Below are positions 6,764 through 12,014 of a stretch of DNA of 12,014 bases, piece after piece (the first letter of the stretch is position 1; every line of letters starts with the position of its first letter). Made by a program: the position numbers and the translations under genes. The notes below the pieces were generated by a model. The model worked only from the letters and a program-made list of their open reading frames with translations. It did no database searches and had not been told where the DNA came from. Origin of the DNA: Candidatus Altarchaeum sp. (GTDB lineage Archaea; Altiarchaeota; Altiarchaeia; Altiarchaeales; Altiarchaeaceae); contig JAGWDQ010000027.1 of NCBI GenBank assembly GCA_018260615.1, positions 1 to 12,014 on the forward strand, in the 5' to 3' direction.

Positions 6764-7261
6764 TTAAATTTCCCTATTTAAATTTCCATTCACCAGGTTA
6801 TTCGTTTTCTTCTTGTCTTCCTTCATCGTCTCATAACTCAAAAATGCAATCAAAAGTCCCGCAGTTACCGATAAAAGCAAAAGCAGATAAACAGGAAGTA
6901 GTTTATAATTCAAAAACAACGCATAATAAACAAGTCCCATTCCCAGAATAGACATTGCTGCAACATACAAAATTTCTTTTTTTGTCAATGAAATTTTTTC
7001 ATCCTCTTTTGTTCCCGTTCCTTCATCGTTATCCTCAATTTCATCCTCTGCGTATGCCTTGTATCTTTCGGGCATAAATTTCTTTTCCAGTAAAATGGCT
7101 GCAATTAAAATTACAATTGTAATTATGAAAAATAAATTTATATCTATGTATCTTTCAACCTGCGGAAAGTAAATTTTTATAAACAAAAATCCGATAAATA
7201 AAATCAACAGATACCTTGCACTATCTCCTATTACTTCAGTAATATTTTTTGATATTGGCAT
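6764..7261 (-). CDS. Hypothetical membrane protein (about 4 TM helices, acidic central loop)
   Basis: Two hydrophobic pairs separated by EDEIEDNDEGTGTKEDEK; 165-aa open frame. Confidence 0.7.
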   Translation of the reverse strand: MPISKNITEVIGDSARYLLILFIGFLFIKIYFPQVERYIDINLFFIITIVILIAAILLEKKFMPERYKAYAEDEIEDNDEGTGTKEDEKISLTKKEILYVAAMSILGMGLVYYALFLNYKLLPVYLLLLLSVTAGLLIAFLSYETMKEDKKKTNNLVNGNLNREI

Positions 7262-7282
7262 TTTAATGCGGTTAAATTTAAA

Positions 7283-7459
7283 TTACATTCTATCTTCCCG
7301 TTCTTTTTCAATATCTTCCCATTCAACACCTCTTAAACCATCTTTTAATATTCTTTCTATCAGGATATTATCTTTTGGGTTTAAATTTAAAGTTCTTGTT
7401 ATAACATCGGGAATTACTATATCTCCCTGCTCACTTACCTTTATAAACTTTGTTTTCAT
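7283..7459 (-). CDS. AbrB/MazE/SpoVT-like small DNA-binding protein (orphan antitoxin)
   Basis: KVSEQGDIVIPDVITRTLNLNPKDNILIE fits the AbrB pattern KVxxxGQIxIPxxIRxxLxLxxGD. Likely start is ATG 7459 (the track uses 7504). Confidence 0.6.
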   Translation of the reverse strand: MKTKFIKVSEQGDIVIPDVITRTLNLNPKDNILIERILKDGLRGVEWEDIEKEREDRM

Positions 7460-7585
7460 TGTCGGGATTATAATTATGAAAGTTTGTATAAAATTACTTT
7501 TCAAATTAAATTAACTTCACATATAAATTTTTCTACCGATAATTAAACTTGTATCATGCCTATTTTTACCCCGAAAGTAGGAAAC

Positions 7586-7717
7586 TCATGATTTATCCTG
7601 ATTTTTCTTATCCTCTAATTTCTTAACTTTGCCTGTAATTTCTAAATAATTTTCACCGCTTACAACTTTCTTTCCGGATTCGTATTCTAATTTTTGTCTT
7701 GCGTCTCCTGCAATATC
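7586..7717 (-). pseudogene. 3' remnant of a Bro-N/DinD-like (antirepressor-type) gene
   Basis: Manual translation gives DIAGDARQKLEYESGKKVVSGENYLEITGKVKKLEDKKNQDKS*, resembling the GGxIAGxARxxLExxxGKxVVSxxNYL tail. There is no start codon; it is joined out of frame to the upstream ORF. Confidence 0.6.
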
Positions 7718-7998
7718 CTTTTTTCAAGTGCTTTTTTAATTTCTTCCTTTTCTTCTTTTAAGGAGATATCCGGTTCGCTGCCAACCAGTTCCAATAGTTC
7801 CGGATCAGGGTTTGCACAAGGATATTCTGCTCTTAGCTCGTGAGTTAGTAATTCCATTCTAACCTCTTTTATTGATTTTTCCAGATTTTTAATTTTGCTC
7901 TGCTTAATCAACAACGGCTGATGCTTCAACTCTTTTAACACCACCTTAAATTTTTGGGATGTGTAATTGAATTCATCAAATAGCGGTATTTTATTCAT
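7687..7998 (-). CDS. Hypothetical protein, possibly antitoxin-like, with a chimeric C-terminus
   Basis: 103-aa ORF. The PDPELLELVGSEP..SLKEEKEEI segment resembles small archaeal antitoxin-like proteins (weak recall). The last ~10 codons come from the Bro-N-like remnant. Confidence 0.5.
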   Translation of the reverse strand: MNKIPLFDEFNYTSQKFKVVLKELKHQPLLIKQSKIKNLEKSIKEVRMELLTHELRAEYPCANPDPELLELVGSEPDISLKEEKEEIKKALEKRILQETQDKN

Positions 7999-8089
7999 TG
8001 TCTTTTAAATTTATACAATATATTAAATTTACTATATTATTAATTTCTATTTTCATAGTAATTATTTAGATTTTCCTGTTCTAAATTTT

Positions 8090-9010
8090 TCATTCAAACT
8101 CAATCGTCGCAGGCGGTTTGCTAGTTAAATCATACAAAACCCTTGTAACAGAAGAAATTTCCGTTGTTATCCTGCTCGTTATTCTCTGCAAAATTTCCCA
8201 TTTGACATTCATCGCGTTTGCTGTCATCGCATCCGCTGATTCCACTATTCTTACTGCAATCATGTATCCGTAATCCCGTTTGTCTCCTTTCACTCCCGTT
8301 GCCTTTCCTTCAGGTAAAACTGCAAATGCCTGCCAGACCTTTAAATTTGCTGTAATAATTTCTTCCCTGACAATAGCATCCGCTTCTTTGACAATTTCTA
8401 CCTTCTCCTTTGTTACTTCTCCCAAAACTCTTATTGCCAGTCCCGGTCCGGGAAACGGCATTCTTTCGGAAATTTCTTCTGAAAGTCCAATGGCTCTCGC
8501 AACCTCCCGAACATCATTTTTATACAAATCCTTCAGCGGTTCGTAAATTTCAAGCATCATTCCGGAAGGTAATGCAACATTGTGATGGCTTTTTATATTT
8601 CCCTTTGTTTCAATCCAGTCCGGTGCTATAGTTCCCTGAACCAGAAATTTTGCGTTGTATTTTTCTGCGTATTCGTCAAAAATTTCAATATAGACCTTTG
8701 CAATAATTTTTCTCTTTTCTTCGGGGTCCGTAATTCCTTTTAATGCATTGAAAAATCTTTCCCGTGCATCGGCAAATTCAAATTTTACTTTTGTTTCAAA
8801 AATTTCTCTTATTCTTTCCGGTTCGTTTTTACGCATAAATCCGGTATCTACAAACACACAGACCAGATTTTCTCCTATTGCCTTTCCAACGAGCATTGCG
8901 CAGGTTGACGAATCAACACCTCCTGATAATGCAATTATTGTTTTTTTTTCTTTGAGTGTTTCTTTTGCTTCTTCAACGGCATTTTTAATGAACTTTTCCG
9001 CATCAAACAT
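8090..9010 (-). CDS. guaAB: GMP synthase (glutamine-hydrolysing) subunit B, ATP pyrophosphatase
   Basis: PP-loop ALSGGVDSS, DPEEKRKII, QGTIAPDWIE, IKSHHNV, PFPGPGLAIR, GVKGDKRDY and KPPATIEFE; stand-alone archaeal form. Confidence 0.96.
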   Translation of the reverse strand: MFDAEKFIKNAVEEAKETLKEKKTIIALSGGVDSSTCAMLVGKAIGENLVCVFVDTGFMRKNEPERIREIFETKVKFEFADARERFFNALKGITDPEEKRKIIAKVYIEIFDEYAEKYNAKFLVQGTIAPDWIETKGNIKSHHNVALPSGMMLEIYEPLKDLYKNDVREVARAIGLSEEISERMPFPGPGLAIRVLGEVTKEKVEIVKEADAIVREEIITANLKVWQAFAVLPEGKATGVKGDKRDYGYMIAVRIVESADAMTANAMNVKWEILQRITSRITTEISSVTRVLYDLTSKPPATIEFE

Positions 9011-9045
9011 TTTAAATTTAATTTTAGATTTTTAAATTTATACTT

Positions 9046-9153
9046 CTATAATAACCTCACATATTCCGGTTTCTTCTTTGTTAGCCGGATGAAATCATTG
9101 AAAGTGAACAAAGGAAAGACATTCAAGTCAGCCAAAAGTTTAATTTTATCCAT
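9046..9153 (-). pseudogene. 5' fragment of an AbiEi-like (type IV TA antitoxin) winged-helix gene
   Basis: Manual translation gives MDKIKLLADLNVFPLFTFNDFIRLTKKKPEYVRLL* (35 aa). It resembles the N-terminus of archaeal AbiEi-type wHTH proteins and stops where the recognition helix should continue. Confidence 0.45.
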
Positions 9154-9289
9154 TTTGTTGTGGTATTTGGTTATTGCCGTATTTTGTGAGCGTAATATTA
9201 TTTTGTTCGCACATAATGAGCAAATTTGATTATTATAATCAAATGAAATATGTTTAATAATTAATGTTTTTCCAAAAAAGACATTAAAA

Positions 9290-9396
9290 TTTTTTATCGT
9301 ACAGGAAAGTTCGTTTTATTATCCTCACACGGAGATACAGAGACACAAAGGGGTTATATTCTGTAACTTGGTGACTTTGTGGCTTTGTGTGAGTAT
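9290..9396. repeat. Dispersed repeat copy 2 (same family as 2699-2825)
   Basis: 33 bp identical to 2699-2731, conserved hairpin arms and a shorter, unrelated loop; same orientation as copy 1. Confidence 0.85.
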
Positions 9397-9533
9397 TCTT
9401 CTGATTTTTTTAAAAGTAAAAAGGTAAAACTCAAGACATCAGTTATTTAAATTTAAATACATAAGATATAAATTTATAATTAGGTTTTCTTAACATAAAA
9501 TTTTTAGAAAAAGTTCAAAAACTTAAAAATAAA

Positions 9534-10007
9534 ATGATATGTGAATTATGCGGAGCACAAATAAAACAGGGAAAGAAAATTATGTTTGCAGGAGCAATGA
9601 CTGTTGTTTGCAGTGATTGTGCGGTTAACGGAAGGATTATTTGCGATGTCAGAGAACAGATTGCGGAAAAGAAAGAGCAGGATAAGGCAGATAAAGAAAT
9701 TTCTCCTGCAACAGTCCTTGGAGAGCCGGAATATGAAGTTGTTGAAAATTTTAGCAATAAAATAAAGAATACCAGAGAAAAGAAGGGCTTAAAACAGGAG
9801 GATTTTGCAAAGCACATAAATGAGCCGCTTGCATACATCAAAAGAATAGAATCCGGTTTTGTTCCTTCAATAATGGTTATAGAAAAGATTGAGAAATTTT
9901 TAGGTATAAATTTAACAAAAAAGAGGGAAAATATTGCTCTTCCGAAAATTGACAAATCAAAAGATGTACTGACCTTGGGAGATGTTGTTGTTATAAAAAA
10001 GAAATAA
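9534..10007 (+). CDS. mbf1: Archaeal multiprotein bridging factor 1 (Zn ribbon + XRE HTH)
   Basis: MICELCG...VCSDCA zinc ribbon, IKNTREKKGLKQEDFAK...IKRIESG HTH and the C-terminal LTLGDVV motif. Confidence 0.9.
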   Translation: MICELCGAQIKQGKKIMFAGAMTVVCSDCAVNGRIICDVREQIAEKKEQDKADKEISPATVLGEPEYEVVENFSNKIKNTREKKGLKQEDFAKHINEPLAYIKRIESGFVPSIMVIEKIEKFLGINLTKKRENIALPKIDKSKDVLTLGDVVVIKKK

Positions 10008-10047
10008 TAAAGAAAAAATAATAAAGAAAAAATAATAAATTTTTGAG

Positions 10048-10899
10048 ATGGAAACATTTTTAAAAAGCGGAAAGGTCAAGGACATTTACGAAATTGCTCA
10101 TAATTTGCTGAAATTTAAATTTTCAAACAGAATCTCTGTGTTTGATCAGATAATTCCGAGCGAGATCATGACCAAAGGAGAAGTGCTGTGCAGAATCGCA
10201 AAATTCTGGTTTGACCTCGTTGAGAAAGAGGGCATCTGCAAAACACAATATGTTCCCGACAACAATACCAGGCCCGATGAAATGACTGCTAAAAAAACAG
10301 AGGTAATTCCTCTTGAATTTATAGTCAGACATTATAATGCCGGCTCTTATTATAAAAAGCATGGAGGAAAATACGGGGAAAAATTTAGCGAGCCGCTCTT
10401 TGAAATAACTACAAAATTTGAGAAGTACGATCGCCTGATTAATGAAGAAGAGGCATTGGAAATTTCAAAGTTAAAGAAGGCCGACCTGGAAAATATTAAA
10501 GAAACCATATTAAAAATAGATGCTGTAATTGAAAAGCAGGTGGAAAAGAGAAATTTAATCCATGTTGACGGGAAGAAGGAATTCGGAATTCTGAACGGAG
10601 AAATTTTACTCATTGATACATTCGGAACTCCCGATGAGGACAGGTTTTGGGATGCGGAAGAATACGGGAAGGGAAATTTTGTTGAGTTAAGCAAGGAATT
10701 TGTCAGGCAGTATTATGAAAATTTATTATATGTTTGTCCGAAATGCAATGAAAAATTTAGTTACAGGGACTTTCTTTATGCACAAAGAGAGAAAAATTTA
10801 AGCGAGCCGTTAATTCCGCCTTTATCTGATGATATGCTCAAAAAGGTTGGGGATTTATATGCCGGAATGTATGAAAGAATTACCGGGGAGAAATTTTAA
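10048..10899 (+). CDS. purC: Phosphoribosylaminoimidazole-succinocarboxamide (SAICAR) synthase
   Basis: SGKVKDIY, FSNRISVFD, IPLEFIVR, EITTKFE, VDGKKEFG, DTFGTPDEDRFWD and LSKEFVRQ motifs. Confidence 0.94.
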   Translation: METFLKSGKVKDIYEIAHNLLKFKFSNRISVFDQIIPSEIMTKGEVLCRIAKFWFDLVEKEGICKTQYVPDNNTRPDEMTAKKTEVIPLEFIVRHYNAGSYYKKHGGKYGEKFSEPLFEITTKFEKYDRLINEEEALEISKLKKADLENIKETILKIDAVIEKQVEKRNLIHVDGKKEFGILNGEILLIDTFGTPDEDRFWDAEEYGKGNFVELSKEFVRQYYENLLYVCPKCNEKFSYRDFLYAQREKNLSEPLIPPLSDDMLKKVGDLYAGMYERITGEKF

Positions 10900-10934
10900 A
10901 TTTATTTGGACATTTGGTAAAGGTCTTATTAAAG

Positions 10935-10979
10935 CATATTTATTTAAAAACATATTTATTTAAAAACATATTTATTTAA
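10935..10979. repeat. 16-bp AT-rich tandem repeat in the purC to surface-gene spacer
   Basis: CATATTTATTTAAAAA at 10935 and 10951 with a partial copy at 10967; bracketed by a 10-bp inverted repeat (10905-10914 / 10978-10987). Confidence 0.7.
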
Positions 10980-11108
10980 TGTCCAAAATTTAATTATTTA
11001 TTTAATATAAAATTTATTTATTTAATATCAAAATTTAATTATTTAATACAAATATATTACTATAATATTTTAAAAAAATTTACAAATTTAAACATAAAAC
11101 ATAATAAA

Positions 11109-12014
11109 ATGAGCCAAAATTCTCAAAACGAGGGAACAAATAAAGCAGACACGGGAAATAAAAATAACCTGAATAAGTATTTTGCATTTATTTTGACTGC
11201 TGTAATTATCGGAGCTTTGTTAGTTAATCCATTTTTTAGTGATGTTACCATATTTTTAACCCATCTTGGGGGCACACCATCCGGAAGTGGATACAATTAT
11301 AGCGAGTGTACTGATAATATTACTATTAATGCTGTTGTTAATATAACAACTGATCGTGTAACTAATGTTAGTTTAAAAATTTCGAATTCTTCTTGGAATA
11401 TGAGTTGTGCTTTGCCTTTGGATAATAATTTATCTACAACTGGTAATTATTTCAATCCCAATTATCCTTGTGGTGAAAAAAATATTTCTGTAAATGTAAC
11501 TCGTACAAATTTCTGTGATAATTATGGTTATGGATATGGTTATGGATATAACTCCCAATATGGTTATGGTCTTTATGGTTATGGATATGGCTATGGATAT
11601 GACAATAATAATACTATTTGTAATAGTGGTATATTGAATTATACTATAATAATCAGTCCGCGAAGTGTTGAAATGAATGTAGGATTATATACTGATTCTG
11701 TTAAGGCCACAACCGTTTCTGGAAGTGTTGCTGAAGGTAAAGGAAATTTCACAGTGAATCCGTGTGTTGCCCAGTTTGGTAACGGTACAACATGGGGCAA
11801 CGGTACAACTTTTGGCAACGGTACAACATTAGGTGAGAATAACACATTAGGTGAGAATAACACATTAGGTGAGAATAACACCATAGGAAACAACAACACC
11901 CTGGGAGACGGCAACGATGTAGGAGACAACAACTCCATTGGAAACGGCAACGATGTAGGAGACAACAACTCCATTGGAAACGGCAACGATGTAGGAGACA
12001 ACAACTCCATAGGA
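11109..12014 (+). CDS. Membrane-anchored or secreted surface glycoprotein with YG-repeat loop and hexapeptide beta-helix repeats (partial, runs off the window)
   Basis: Open frame from ATG 11109 to the window end (302 codons, no stop, so absent from the ORF track). Hydrophobic segment YFAFILTAVIIGALLVNPFF, YGYGYG tract, [LIVFW]GxxNx repeats and many N-x-S/T sequons. Confidence 0.85.
   Translation, partial: MSQNSQNEGTNKADTGNKNNLNKYFAFILTAVIIGALLVNPFFSDVTIFLTHLGGTPSGSGYNYSECTDNITINAVVNITTDRVTNVSLKISNSSWNMSCALPLDNNLSTTGNYFNPNYPCGEKNISVNVTRTNFCDNYGYGYGYGYNSQYGYGLYGYGYGYGYDNNNTICNSGILNYTIIISPRSVEMNVGLYTDSVKATTVSGSVAEGKGNFTVNPCVAQFGNGTTWGNGTTFGNGTTLGENNTLGENNTLGENNTIGNNNTLGDGNDVGDNNSIGNGNDVGDNNSIGNGNDVGDNNSIG
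11775..12014 (+). repeat. Coding tandem repeats (18-bp and 36-bp units) encoding hexapeptide repeats
   Basis: ACATTAGGTGAGAATAAC three times (11826-11879); GGCAACGATGTAGGAGACAACAACTCCATTGGAAAC about three times (11910-12014). Confidence 0.92.

Noticed and set aside
30-9070. A shared CGGAAA motif at all chimeric junctions
   Set aside because: It lies at the 6227 junction and near 50, but is offset by 15-30 bp or absent at the others, and CCGG/CGGA is common throughout the window.
2699-9396. Composite transposon or island bounded by the two direct repeat copies
   Set aside because: The interval includes the core gene guaAB, contains no transposase or integrase, and shows no target duplication.
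665-10694. Short antisense or overlapping ORFs (665-1021, 747-950, 1115-1309, 1367-1606, 3873-4097, 4839-5066, 5092-5286, 5872-6063, 7266-7514, 8280-8546, 8410-8631, 8748-9035, 9515-10057, 10123-10362, 10350-10694)
   Set aside because: All overlap well-supported genes on the opposite strand or in another frame and show no recognisable motifs.
10900-11108. Replication origin
   Set aside because: AT-rich, but there are no ORB-like boxes with G-strings and no adjacent orc1/cdc6.
11639-12010. Minus-strand 123-aa repetitive ORF from the track
   Set aside because: It is the antisense shadow of the hexapeptide repeats; the plus-strand frame from 11109 has a coherent signal segment and architecture.
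11109-12014. Identification as the Altiarchaeum hamus subunit or an S-layer protein
   Set aside because: No recognisable sequence match can be supported without a search, and the gene is incomplete.

Overview
AT-rich archaeal DNA, judged from the split GMP synthase subunit B, the archaeal Zn-ribbon/HTH MBF1 and an archaeal-type PurC. Composition and gene style resemble Ca. Altiarchaeum, but that is inference only. The right third is core genome: guaAB (-), mbf1 (+), purC (+) and the 5' part of a surface-protein gene with Tyr-Gly repeats and a sequon-rich hexapeptide beta-helix that runs off the window. Positions 1-9.2 kb form one co-oriented minus-strand accessory tract. It has a few intact TA/defence-like genes (HTH-ImmA/IrrE peptidase with DUF4411 PIN, DUF4062-HATPase-wHTH, RhuM-family, AbrB-like) mixed with many truncated or fused remnants, several missed by the ORF track (HAD/GmhB-like tail, both halves of a GT4 glycosyltransferase in permuted order, AbiEii plus a nonsense-mutated partner, a Bro-N/DinD-like tail, an AbiEi-like head). 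At least three families of small hairpin elements are interspersed, one inserted in frame in a gene. Stacked gene-tail remnants, each with a ~10-bp-periodic CGAT array, lie downstream of the DUF4062 gene. All family assignments come from recalled motifs, not database searches.
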